Assembly (NCBI GenBank): GCA_947628725.1
Contig: CANRAQ010000001.1
Location: 1 to 62,043, forward strand
Length of the DNA stretch: 62,043 nt
From: an uncultured Bacilli bacterium
GTDB taxonomy: Bacteria; Bacillota_I; Bacilli_A; RF39; UBA660
Reading direction: 5' to 3'
Below the pieces are notes generated by a model. It searched no databases and was not told the DNA's origin. It saw only the letters and a list, made by a program, of their open reading frames with translations. Below are positions 47,839 through 56,612 of this stretch, one piece after another. The translations under genes were made by a program, and so were the position numbers. Every line of letters begins with the position of its first letter. The first letter of the stretch is position 1.

Positions 47839-47867
47839 AATATACTATATTTTTATGAAAATGTCAA
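47839..47867 (-). promoter_or_regulatory. Promoter of the type III TA module
   Basis: Minus strand TTGACA - 17 nt - TATATT, about 20 nt upstream of the first repeat. Confidence 0.6.
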
Positions 47868-47958
47868 ATAGTATACATTAATAGTATATTCATAATTATA
47901 ACTTTTATAAAGTATTTCTAACAATATTTTTTAACAATTGTTGGAATAAATTTATAGA

Positions 47959-50595
47959 CTATTTATTCTCATTTTCTTTTACAGCAGCTTGTGCAGCGGC
48001 AAGTCTAGCTAGAGGTACTCTAAATGGACTACAAGATACATAGTCAAGTCCTACTCTATGACAGAATTCAACACTGCTTGGTTCTCCACCATGTTCACCA
48101 CATATACCCATATGAATATCTGGTCTTGTTTCACGTCCTAATTTAGCAGCCATTTTAATTAACTTACCTACACCATTTTGATCTAATTTAGCAAATGGAT
48201 CATTTTCAAAAATATTTTTACTATAATATTCATTTAAGAATTTAGCTGCATCATCTCTTGAAAAGCCAAATGTCATTTGAGTTAAATCATTTGTTCCGAA
48301 TGAGAAGAATTCTGCTTCTTTAGCAATCTCATCTGCAGTAACAGCAGCACGTGGTATTTCAATCATAGTACCAACATGATATTTTAAATCAACATTATTT
48401 TCTGCTATAACCTTATCTGCAGTTTCACAAACAATTTTCTTTACATATTTAAGTTCATTTACATCTCCAACAAGTGGAATCATAATTTCAGGTGTTACGT
48501 TCATACCTTTTTTATTTACGTTAATTGCAGCTTCAATAACTGCTCTTGTTTGCATTTTAGCTATTTCAGGGTAAGTAACAGCTAATCTACAACCTCTATG
48601 TCCCATCATAGGATTAAATTCTTTTAATGATTCAACACGATTTTTTAGTTGTTCAAAACTCATACCTAATGATTCAGCCAAAGGTTTGATTTCTTCATCT
48701 GTATGAGGTAAGAATTCATGTAGAGGTGGATCCAAATAACGTATTACAACTGGATAACCTTCCATAGCCTCAAATAAACCTTCAAAATCTTTTCTTTGAT
48801 ATGGTAATATTTTTTCTAGAGCTTCTTCTCTTTTCTCAACTGAGTCAGCTGCAATCATTCTACGGAAGTTAAATATTCTTTCTTCCTCGAAGAACATATG
48901 CTCTGTACGGCAAAGTCCAATACCTTCTGCTCCAAATTTACGAGCTTGAATAGCATCCTTTGGTGTATCCGCATTTGTTCTAACTTTAAGTCTTCTAACA
49001 CTGTCAGCCCAACCCATAAATGTTTCAAAATCACCACTAATTTCTGGCGCTACAGTCTTAATTTGTTCACCATAAACATTACCTGTAGAACCATCTAAAC
49101 TCATCCAGTCACCTTCATGATATACTTTACCATCTTTAGTTTTAACTGTTTTTGCTTCTTCATCTATAACAAGTTCTCCACATCCTGATACACAGCAAGT
49201 ACCCATACCACGAGCAACTACTGCAGCATGACTTGTCATACCTCCACGAATAGTTAAAATACCATGTGCTATATTCATTCCTTCTATATCTTCTGGACTT
49301 GTTTCAAGTCTTACTAAAAGCATATCTTTTTCACCATTTTTAGCAGCATTCATAACATCTTCAGCTGTAAAATATATTTTACCTGTTGCAGCTCCTGGTG
49401 AAGCAGCTAAACCTTTAGCAACTACTACAGCCTCTTTTAAAGCTTTTTGATCAAAATTTGGATGTAATAATTGATCTAATTGTTTAGGTTCTACTTTAAG
49501 TAAAGCCTCTTCTTTAGTAATCATTCCTTCATTTACTAAATCTACTGCAATTTTTAAAGCAGCTTGAGCAGTTCTTTTACCATTTCTTGTTTGTAACATG
49601 AAAAGTTTTCCATTTTCAATAGTGAATTCCATATCTTGCATATCTTTGTAATGATTTTCTAGAATTCCACAAATCTTAACAAATGATTCATAACATTCAG
49701 GCATTACATCTTTTAATGTATCTATTGTTTGTGGTGTACGAATACCAGCAACAACATCTTCTCCTTGAGCATTCATTAAATACTCACCATAAAGTTTTTT
49801 CTCTCCTGTAGCTGGGTTTCTTGTAAATGCAACACCAGTTCCTGAAGTTTCTCCACGGTTACCATATACCATCTCTTGAATATTAACTGCAGTTCCCCAA
49901 CTAGATGGAATATCATTAAGTCTACGATATGTAATTGCTCTATCGTTATTCCAACTTCTAAATACTGCTTTAACAGCTTCCATTAATTGTTCTTTTGGAT
50001 CTTGTGGGAAATCTACACCTGCATGATTTTTATATTCAGCTTTGTAAATTTCTACAACTTCCATTAAGTCTTCTGCAGAAAGTTCAGTGTCGTATTCTAC
50101 ACCTTTTTCCTCTTTTATTACATCAAATTTTCTTTCAAATGAACTTTTAGGAAATCCCATAACAACATCCGCAAACATTTGAATAAATCTTCTATAACTA
50201 TCATAAACGAATCTTGGATTATTTGTTGCAACAGCAAATCCTTTTGCAACTTCATCATTAAGTCCTAAATTAAGTACTGTATCCATCATTCCTGGCATTG
50301 ATGCACGAGCACCACTTCTTACAGAAACTAATAATGGATTTTCTTTATCACCAAAAGTTTTTCCAGTTTCCTTTTGAAGATCTTCTAAGTGTTCAAGAAT
50401 CTCATCTTTTATTTCTTGTGAAATATCCTCTCCATCATCATAATATTTTATACATGCTTCTGTAGTTACAGTAAATCCCCTTGGTACAGGAAGACCAATT
50501 CCTGTCATTTCAGCAAGGTTAGCACCTTTACCACCTAACAAATTTCGCATGTCCTTGTTACCTTCCTTGAAGGCATATACATATTTTGTCATCAT
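47959..50595 (-). CDS. ppdK: Pyruvate, phosphate dikinase
   Basis: 878 aa. GGKGANLAEM, GGMTSHAAVVARGMG (phospho-His) and the C-terminal PEP-utilising TIM domain ...GICGEHGG... Confidence 0.95.
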   Translation of the reverse strand: MMTKYVYAFKEGNKDMRNLLGGKGANLAEMTGIGLPVPRGFTVTTEACIKYYDDGEDISQEIKDEILEHLEDLQKETGKTFGDKENPLLVSVRSGARASMPGMMDTVLNLGLNDEVAKGFAVATNNPRFVYDSYRRFIQMFADVVMGFPKSSFERKFDVIKEEKGVEYDTELSAEDLMEVVEIYKAEYKNHAGVDFPQDPKEQLMEAVKAVFRSWNNDRAITYRRLNDIPSSWGTAVNIQEMVYGNRGETSGTGVAFTRNPATGEKKLYGEYLMNAQGEDVVAGIRTPQTIDTLKDVMPECYESFVKICGILENHYKDMQDMEFTIENGKLFMLQTRNGKRTAQAALKIAVDLVNEGMITKEEALLKVEPKQLDQLLHPNFDQKALKEAVVVAKGLAASPGAATGKIYFTAEDVMNAAKNGEKDMLLVRLETSPEDIEGMNIAHGILTIRGGMTSHAAVVARGMGTCCVSGCGELVIDEEAKTVKTKDGKVYHEGDWMSLDGSTGNVYGEQIKTVAPEISGDFETFMGWADSVRRLKVRTNADTPKDAIQARKFGAEGIGLCRTEHMFFEEERIFNFRRMIAADSVEKREEALEKILPYQRKDFEGLFEAMEGYPVVIRYLDPPLHEFLPHTDEEIKPLAESLGMSFEQLKNRVESLKEFNPMMGHRGCRLAVTYPEIAKMQTRAVIEAAINVNKKGMNVTPEIMIPLVGDVNELKYVKKIVCETADKVIAENNVDLKYHVGTMIEIPRAAVTADEIAKEAEFFSFGTNDLTQMTFGFSRDDAAKFLNEYYSKNIFENDPFAKLDQNGVGKLIKMAAKLGRETRPDIHMGICGEHGGEPSSVEFCHRVGLDYVSCSPFRVPLARLAAAQAAVKENENK

Positions 50596-50619
50596 TATCC
50601 TCCTTTAATAAACATATTA

Positions 50620-50649
50620 ATTATATCACACAAAAATTTATACAATCAA
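50620..50649 (-). promoter_or_regulatory. Promoter upstream of ppdK
   Basis: Minus strand TTGATT - 18 nt - TATAAT with an extended -10 (TGaTATAAT). Confidence 0.5.
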
Positions 50650-50698
50650 GTAATTTTATATATTTTTTCATATTTTTACAAAAAAAATAGACATAAGC

Positions 50699-50839
50699 CT
50701 ATTTAGATAATACAAAGTATCCTACCACTATAAGCACTACTACTATAAATACTCCAACAAGTAATGTTAATTCACTTTTAGATTTTGCTTCTTTTCTTTT
50801 TCTTATAGTCTTATTTGATGGTCTACCTCTTTTAGCCAT
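50699..50839 (-). CDS. Small (46-aa) basic protein with a C-terminal TM helix, absent from the ORF track
   Basis: Translation MAKRGRPSNKTIRKRKEAKSKSELTLLVGVFIVVVLIVVGYFVLSK. Preceded by GGAGG with 7-nt spacing and followed by a weak hairpin plus T-run. Confidence 0.45.
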   Translation of the reverse strand: MAKRGRPSNKTIRKRKEAKSKSELTLLVGVFIVVVLIVVGYFVLSK

Positions 50840-50921
50840 AAATCATACCTCCTACTTTACGGTAAGTATAACATATAACAGACAATAATACAATTAAATT
50901 TTGTAAATTATAATTTGGTAT

Positions 50922-50950
50922 ACAAAAAATAGTGTCAATAGGCACTATTT
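50922..50950 (-). terminator. Rho-independent terminator after spoVAE
   Basis: Minus strand AAATAGTG-loop-CACTATTT followed by TTTTTGT. Overlaps the stop codon. Confidence 0.65.
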
Positions 50951-51299
50951 AATCTCTTGGTTTAAATATTAAAGATAATATAAATGAAAATACTATAGCA
51001 GCAACTATTCCTGATGAAGTTAAATCAAACATTCCCATAAATAACCCCATTACTCCAAAATTATTTACAGTGTCCATAGCGCCATGAATAAGTAAATGTC
51101 CAAATGAAGTTATTGGTACAAGTGCGCCTCCACCAGCCCAAAGTACAAATTTGTCATAAATATTAAATATATCTAAAAATGCACCTACTACTACAAATAT
51201 GGTAGTTATATGACCAGGAGTTAATTTTGTGTTATCTAGTATTAACTGTCCAATCAAGCATACTACCCCACAAAATATAAATGAATTTAAATATGTCAT
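50949..51299 (-). CDS. spoVAE: Stage V sporulation protein AE (SpoVAEB-type)
   Basis: 116 aa with 4 TM helices. Paralogous to the SpoVAC-type protein and third gene of the spoVAC-AD-AE arrangement. Confidence 0.8.
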   Translation of the reverse strand: MTYLNSFIFCGVVCLIGQLILDNTKLTPGHITTIFVVVGAFLDIFNIYDKFVLWAGGGALVPITSFGHLLIHGAMDTVNNFGVMGLFMGMFDLTSSGIVAAIVFSFILSLIFKPRD

Positions 51300-52285
51300 T
51301 TTACTACCTCCAAACTAATCGCATGTGCGATACTTGGTATCGTTAAATGTTGATTACACATAGTTGTGTTCATAAGTGCCCCTGTCGCTACTAATAGGAC
51401 TTTATTTAATTCTTTGTTTTTCATTTTATTTAATATATAAGAATATGTAACTAAAGGTAAACATGCTATACCACTACCTCCTGTATAAACTGGTTGTTTA
51501 TTAATATCAAAAATCATACATGCAGAATCATCATAATTTGTTAAATTTATCTTATATGCATCTTTCATATAATCCTTAAGTATATTTTTACCTACAATTC
51601 CTAAGTCACCTGTCAAAATTAAATCATAGTAATCTACAGTTCTTTTTGTATCTTTTAAATGTTGAAGTATTACTTGTGCAGCTGCAGGTGCCATTACTGC
51701 ACCCATATTATTAACATCTTTAATTCCCATATCACATACAGTTCCAAGTGTTGCTGACTCTACTTTTATATTTGATTTTTCATTAGATAAATAACAACTT
51801 GCACATCCAGTCGTAGTAAAAGTTGTATAACATTTTTTTGGTCCACCATACTCTACAGGATTTCTAAATTGTTTTTCTGCACCATTATTGTGACAAGATG
51901 ATGTAACTAATGCATTTTTTATTTGATTTGCATTTATCATATTACTTGCTAATAATAATCCCAAACAACTAGAAGAACAAGCACTATATATACCTATATA
52001 TGGAATTTTCATTTTTGCTGATGCATAGCTTGTAGCAACTATTTGATTTAGTAAATCACTTCCTATATGAACATTAATATCTGTACTTTTCTTACCCAAT
52101 TTCTTAAGTAATATTAGAGTACTATCTTGTATTGCTCTAGTTTCTGCCTGCTCCCATGTTTTTTCTCCAAAATAAAAATCTTTGTATTTTTTATCAAAAT
52201 ATTTAGATAATGGTCCATTTGCTTCATATGGTCCTACTACTGTACTAGTATCATTTATATATACATTATCATATTTAAAAGTCAT
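51296..52285 (-). CDS. spoVAD: Stage V sporulation protein AD
   Basis: 329 aa with thiolase/ketoacyl-synthase-like fold features, located between spoVAC and spoVAE. Confidence 0.85.
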   Translation of the reverse strand: MTFKYDNVYINDTSTVVGPYEANGPLSKYFDKKYKDFYFGEKTWEQAETRAIQDSTLILLKKLGKKSTDINVHIGSDLLNQIVATSYASAKMKIPYIGIYSACSSSCLGLLLASNMINANQIKNALVTSSCHNNGAEKQFRNPVEYGGPKKCYTTFTTTGCASCYLSNEKSNIKVESATLGTVCDMGIKDVNNMGAVMAPAAAQVILQHLKDTKRTVDYYDLILTGDLGIVGKNILKDYMKDAYKINLTNYDDSACMIFDINKQPVYTGGSGIACLPLVTYSYILNKMKNKELNKVLLVATGALMNTTMCNQHLTIPSIAHAISLEVVK

Positions 52286-52286
52286 A

Positions 52287-52727
52287 TTAGCCTCCCATTA
52301 TTATTATCCTTAAAATTCCAAATATATATGCACTAACTACTCCAAATATAATAACTGATCCTGCAAGTTTAAACATATTCATACCAATACCAGTAACTAG
52401 ACCTTCTTTTCTATATTCTAGTGCTGCACTCATCATTGCATGTGCAAATCCTGTTATAGGAACTATTAAACCACATCTTGCAAAGTTAACCCATTTGTCA
52501 AAGAAGCCCAATCCAGTTAGAAAGCATCCTAAAAATACTAAAGTTATAATCATAAATACACTTGCATCTTTACTACTTAAATCAAATACATAAGAATAAA
52601 ATTGAACTAATGCATTACCTATTACACCCATTATTCCTCCGATAACAAAAGCTATAATAGCATTTTTTAATATATTTTCAGAAGGTGTATTCTTTTTTAC
52701 TATCTTATTATAAGCAGCTTTTTCCAT
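52287..52727 (-). CDS. spoVAC: Stage V sporulation protein AC
   Basis: ORF track 52287..52778. Start at MEKAAYNKIV follows GGGAGG. About 146 aa with 4 TM helices. Confidence 0.8.
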   Translation of the reverse strand: MEKAAYNKIVKKNTPSENILKNAIIAFVIGGIMGVIGNALVQFYSYVFDLSSKDASVFMIITLVFLGCFLTGLGFFDKWVNFARCGLIVPITGFAHAMMSAALEYRKEGLVTGIGMNMFKLAGSVIIFGVVSAYIFGILRIIIMGG

Positions 52728-52770
52728 AATAAAAATCCTCCCAAATATATTTTGGCAGGATTTTATCTTT

Positions 52771-53121
52771 TTATTCACATGCTTTTGATTGATATGTATA
52801 AGTATATTTATCTGACTCAGATGTTATTAAAACTGAACCAGTCATTTCTGTTTTGTCTTTAGGATCTTTTACTTCACTTTCTTCAATATATCCTTTTTCA
52901 ATTAAAGTAGATATATTTACACATTCTTCATTACTGTCCATTCCTTCTGATATATAATAAATTTTTGCTGCTCTTTCAAGTGATTCTTTTTGAGTATCTG
53001 ACAAATTTTCTCTAGAAGTTGAAAGAATATTACCTGTAGCAAAAAGTGTTATTGTTGCTAAAATTGCTAAAATTGCTATAACGGCAAGTAATTCTACTAA
53101 TGTAAAGCCTTTCTTATCCAT
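52771..53121 (-). CDS. Prepilin-type N-terminal cleavage/methylation domain protein (pseudopilin/ComGC-like)
   Basis: 116 aa. MDKKGFTLVELLAVIAILAIL is a class III signal peptide with a G/FTLVE cleavage motif. Confidence 0.75.
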   Translation of the reverse strand: MDKKGFTLVELLAVIAILAILATITLFATGNILSTSRENLSDTQKESLERAAKIYYISEGMDSNEECVNISTLIEKGYIEESEVKDPKDKTEMTGSVLITSESDKYTYTYQSKACE

Positions 53122-53200
53122 TCTATCACCTCAGTACTATAATAATTATATAAAAAAATATAAATATAGTCAAGAATAAATATCAATAACTAACACCACA

Positions 53201-53221
53201 AAATAAAAACCCATAAGGGTT
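53201..53221 (-). terminator. Terminator after tRNA-Lys
   Basis: Minus strand AACCC-TTAT-GGGTT followed by TTTATTTT. Confidence 0.55.
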
Positions 53222-53231
53222 AATAATCAAA

Positions 53232-53307
53232 TGGTGTCCCCTTGGGGGCTCGAACCCCAGACCCACTGATTAAGAGTCAGTTGCTCTACCAACTGAGCTA
53301 AGGAGAC
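53232..53307 (-). tRNA. tRNA-Lys (anticodon CUU)
   Basis: Reverse complement GTCTCCTTAGCTCAGTTGGTAGAGCAACTGACTCTTAATCAGTGGGTCTGGGGTTCGAGCCCCCAAGGGGACACCA. Anticodon stem ACTGA/TCAGT with loop CTCTTAA. Confidence 0.88.
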
Positions 53308-53352
53308 ATCAATTACTTATACAGTATAACATATTTTATAAAAAAATCAAAT

Positions 53353-53441
53353 ACTTATTTTAAATTTTTTATTGTAAATGTTATAAGTTGAAAAATTAGA
53401 TTATAAAAACTATCCTCTATATTTTTGAGAATAGTTTTTAT
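53353..53441. repeat. Left copy of a direct repeat: a collapsed version of the 58382..58866 cassette (promoter-like segment plus terminator hairpin, no gene between)
   Basis: 53353..53389 matches 58382..58417 at 36 positions, with one extra T in the left copy. 53393..53441 matches 58825..58866, including the hairpin AAAACTATCCTC...GAGAATAGTTTT. Confidence 0.8.
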
Positions 53442-53467
53442 CTTTTTCTAAATACATATTTTACAAT

Positions 53468-54484
53468 TTATTCATTTTCTAATATCCATTCTTGTAAATA
53501 TTTTATTTCAGTATGACAATAAGAACAGGCCTCACTTGTTGCATCAATAGAAGCTCCACAATTATGACATTTAATTATATTAACTCCATCTTTTAACTCC
53601 AACTTTTCGTTTGAATTTTTTCTTAATAAGTATTCTTCTTTAGTAAACTTTGATTTTATTTTTCCCATATTATAATAAACTATTCTAACTTCCGCTAATA
53701 CTTTTATATATTGTATGCCGTCTTTAGTAAAATCACTAAATTTTATATAGTCTATCACATCAAAATCTATAATATTCTTTTTAGAATAATAGTATTTTCT
53801 TACTTCATAATTTAAATTATTAAAAAAACTTTTTTTATCTATTTTTGTTCTATTCCAAAAATCAATCTGCTTTTGATTTTCCTTATCTTTATATATTTTT
53901 ATAGGCCCCAATATTACATAAGCATCCAAAATATAGAAAAAATAATATAGTATCATAGATAAAATTAAACCATAAATAAAAATTTTACAAATATCTACAC
54001 TATTAAATGTTCTCGATGTAGTTTTAATAAAAATAAAACATAAAATTGTACTTACAATTAAATCAATAATTCCTGTAATAATTCTATATGATTTATTTCT
54101 TAATACTCTATCATAATGATATTTACTCCCTAAATCTTTATCTACATAATCAATATTATAATATGTTCTACAATAGGGACATCCATCAACAAAATTTTTT
54201 AGTTCTGACTTCATACCACAGTTAGGACATGTGTATTCTTTATTTTCCATTTCATTTGAAATAAATGTATACTCTATTCTTGAATCAAATTCTGTTTCTT
54301 TGTGTATCAATTTTTTATCAATATAATAATCTTTTTCAAATCTTATCCCAGATATTATATCATCATTTATTGAATCATCAGTATTTCGTTCATATACTTT
54401 ATTTCCAACAAAATATTTTGTCCTTATGTTTATTCCATAATCTTTTAATTTTTTCTTATTAAAATTATCTGATATCAAAGGCAT
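53468..54484 (-). CDS. Membrane protein with N- and C-terminal zinc ribbons (unknown function)
   Basis: 338 aa. CPNCGMKSELKNFVDGCPYC, two TM helices, then a soluble domain ending in CHNCGASIDATSEACSYCHTEI..W. The C-terminal architecture parallels the 43928..44674 product. Confidence 0.55.
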   Translation of the reverse strand: MPLISDNFNKKKLKDYGINIRTKYFVGNKVYERNTDDSINDDIISGIRFEKDYYIDKKLIHKETEFDSRIEYTFISNEMENKEYTCPNCGMKSELKNFVDGCPYCRTYYNIDYVDKDLGSKYHYDRVLRNKSYRIITGIIDLIVSTILCFIFIKTTSRTFNSVDICKIFIYGLILSMILYYFFYILDAYVILGPIKIYKDKENQKQIDFWNRTKIDKKSFFNNLNYEVRKYYYSKKNIIDFDVIDYIKFSDFTKDGIQYIKVLAEVRIVYYNMGKIKSKFTKEEYLLRKNSNEKLELKDGVNIIKCHNCGASIDATSEACSYCHTEIKYLQEWILENE

Positions 54485-54492
54485 ATTTACTC

Positions 54493-54864
54493 CTATCTAT
54501 TATTGTTATTATTGTTGTTGTTATTGTTATTATTGTTATTATTTGATGATGAACCACCACTATATCCACTACTACTTGATGGAACATAATGAGGTATTAT
54601 TTTAAATGAATCATTAGTCACTTTTACCCCATCAATACTACCATCTATACATTTTGTCATTATTACTTCTGGTTGTATTTTTGGTTCAACATTAGCATTA
54701 AGAGTCAAACTGTTATCATTACCAATTATAATAGCTTTTGGATATGTTGCTAAATAGTTATAAATTTTATCTAATTCTTCTTTTGATAAATCATAATGTA
54801 TTGTCAAGTCAACACATCTTTTATATCTTATTAATTCTTCATAAGTTTCTGGTTCTTTATTCAT
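54493..54864 (-). CDS. Small soluble protein with a Ser/Gly-rich, 15-residue poly-Asn C-terminal tail (unknown function)
   Basis: 123 aa. ATGA 4-nt overlap with the radical SAM gene stop. The tail is ...SSSSGYSGGSSS(N)15R. Confidence 0.55.
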   Translation of the reverse strand: MNKEPETYEELIRYKRCVDLTIHYDLSKEELDKIYNYLATYPKAIIIGNDNSLTLNANVEPKIQPEVIMTKCIDGSIDGVKVTNDSFKIIPHYVPSSSSGYSGGSSSNNNNNNNNNNNNNNNR

Positions 54865-56600
54865 TTTTTCAACTCCTTATCTAAATAATAAAATTCAATA
54901 TTTTGAAATGGCAAATTAATTGCTTGAATATGATAATAAGCATTATTCTTTTGTTTAGTATAGTGATAATCTCTAAGTGCGGATGTAGTAAAAAATATAT
55001 TATTTGGTTTATCAAAAGAATATTCACTTTTATAATTATCTATCATGTTTTTGATATTATAAACATAATATTCATCATCTTGTTTACCATTATCTAACAC
55101 ACCTTTATATATTTGATGAGTAGCAATATGTCTTTGTTTTGTCCTATTTTCATCACCATAAGTTACCAAGTCCCCACTTAGTAACATAATATATAGTGAA
55201 TTATTTTCTGGGTAATCACACATTTCATTAATCATATTTTTTTTCATCCATATTTCAATTTTACTGTTTGGTGTTATATATATAATATCTCTAGATTTTT
55301 TTATAATTTGAGAACCTAAATGATATTCTTGATTATCAATTTTTAATATAAAACTATCATTATCGTATATATATTTAAGATTTTTATCCTGTTTAATAAG
55401 TTCCTCTAAAGTTGAATAATCAGTTTGTTTTCTACTTGGAATATATTTATCTTTATCTTCTAAACGCATTTTTTTAACATACTCATATACAAATTCATCA
55501 TTAAACTCATCTTTTAAAAAATTTCTATCTTTATACATAACTTGCTGTAATTGACAAGTGTAACTCTTATTTGAGTTATAATTGTTTTTTACAAACGGAC
55601 AACCAGTCTTACATAAGTATAAATAACCACATTTTGTACATTCTTCATTTAATGGTTGTTTATTATGATTAATAAATATTTTAGTTTTTGCTGTATTTAA
55701 TATTTCTTCAACTGAATTTTTATATATATTCCCATAATAGTAATTTGGATTTTTCTGTCCCCTAACACATGAATATATATCACCATTTTTTTCAAGTAAG
55801 AAAAATTTTTCACCGCAATTATAACAATTTGTACAATATTCAGGTCCAAATTCATCAAACCATGGTCCGTTAACACCATAATCTAAATCAGTTCCATCGA
55901 ATTCTTTATGCATTCTGTTATAAAACTCAATTTGTTCTTTTTCTGTAATATGATGCAAAATCCCATTTGAATTATAATCAAAACCAATCATAAAATTAAA
56001 GTCATTCATATCAAGACAAGTATTTTTATGTAAAAATTTGATATCTTCTATAATTTCATCGATATAATTATAATGTTCTTTAAAAATCGTAGCTGATACT
56101 TTCTTTTTGTTGGGTATATCTTTTAATAGCGCAATATTATCAAGTATTTTTTTTAAAGTTTTTTGATTCCCTTTAGTGATTCTATACTCATCATGCAATG
56201 ATAGTGGTAGATCTAAACTTCCAGATATAGAAACATTAAATTCCTTTATGGTATCAATGTGTTTTTCTAAATTATACATATTAGTTTTAATGTGTGGATT
56301 ACCTATTTTAAAGCCTCCATCACAAATTATTTTTTTGTTATCGTTATAATAATTACTTATAAATTTTATTAAATCATAAAAATCATTTTTAGATAATGTT
56401 GTAACTTCACCTCCGTGAAGAGAAATATTAAATGGAATAACATTATTATCTTTAAACTTTTTTATAGCATATTCCAAAGTTTCTAATGGTTTATATTTTG
56501 TTCCATCATCAACGGTATTGTCCTCTAAATAACAATATTTGCAGCACATATTACATGCCATTGTAGGAACATATAATAAATGTATATACTTGTAATTCAT
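54861..56600 (-). CDS. Radical SAM enzyme with a SPASM domain and a ~240-aa C-terminal extension
   Basis: 579 aa. CNMCCKYC provides CxxxCxxC, and SLHGGEV is the GGE motif. SPASM pattern: CGEKFFLLEKNGDIYSC (C-x11-G-x4-C), then CTKCGYLYLCKTGC (C-x2-C-x5-C-x3-C) and a later Cys. Residues ~340-579 have no motif I recognise. Confidence 0.8.
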   Translation of the reverse strand: MNYKYIHLLYVPTMACNMCCKYCYLEDNTVDDGTKYKPLETLEYAIKKFKDNNVIPFNISLHGGEVTTLSKNDFYDLIKFISNYYNDNKKIICDGGFKIGNPHIKTNMYNLEKHIDTIKEFNVSISGSLDLPLSLHDEYRITKGNQKTLKKILDNIALLKDIPNKKKVSATIFKEHYNYIDEIIEDIKFLHKNTCLDMNDFNFMIGFDYNSNGILHHITEKEQIEFYNRMHKEFDGTDLDYGVNGPWFDEFGPEYCTNCYNCGEKFFLLEKNGDIYSCVRGQKNPNYYYGNIYKNSVEEILNTAKTKIFINHNKQPLNEECTKCGYLYLCKTGCPFVKNNYNSNKSYTCQLQQVMYKDRNFLKDEFNDEFVYEYVKKMRLEDKDKYIPSRKQTDYSTLEELIKQDKNLKYIYDNDSFILKIDNQEYHLGSQIIKKSRDIIYITPNSKIEIWMKKNMINEMCDYPENNSLYIMLLSGDLVTYGDENRTKQRHIATHQIYKGVLDNGKQDDEYYVYNIKNMIDNYKSEYSFDKPNNIFFTTSALRDYHYTKQKNNAYYHIQAINLPFQNIEFYYLDKELKK

Positions 56601-56612
56601 AAAAATCCCCCA

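Noticed and set aside
53232-53307. tRNA-Lys as the integration site (att) of the radical SAM island.
   Set aside because: The operon lies on the 5' side of the tRNA. No duplicated tRNA 3' fragment or integrase is visible, and the bracketing repeats are unrelated to the tRNA sequence.
54493-54545. Poly-Asn tract as a phase-variable simple-sequence repeat or an assembly artefact.
   Set aside because: The AAT/AAC codons are irregularly mixed, so slipped-strand mispairing units are short. The reading frame and the operon spacing are intact. The tract is kept only as a protein-level curiosity.
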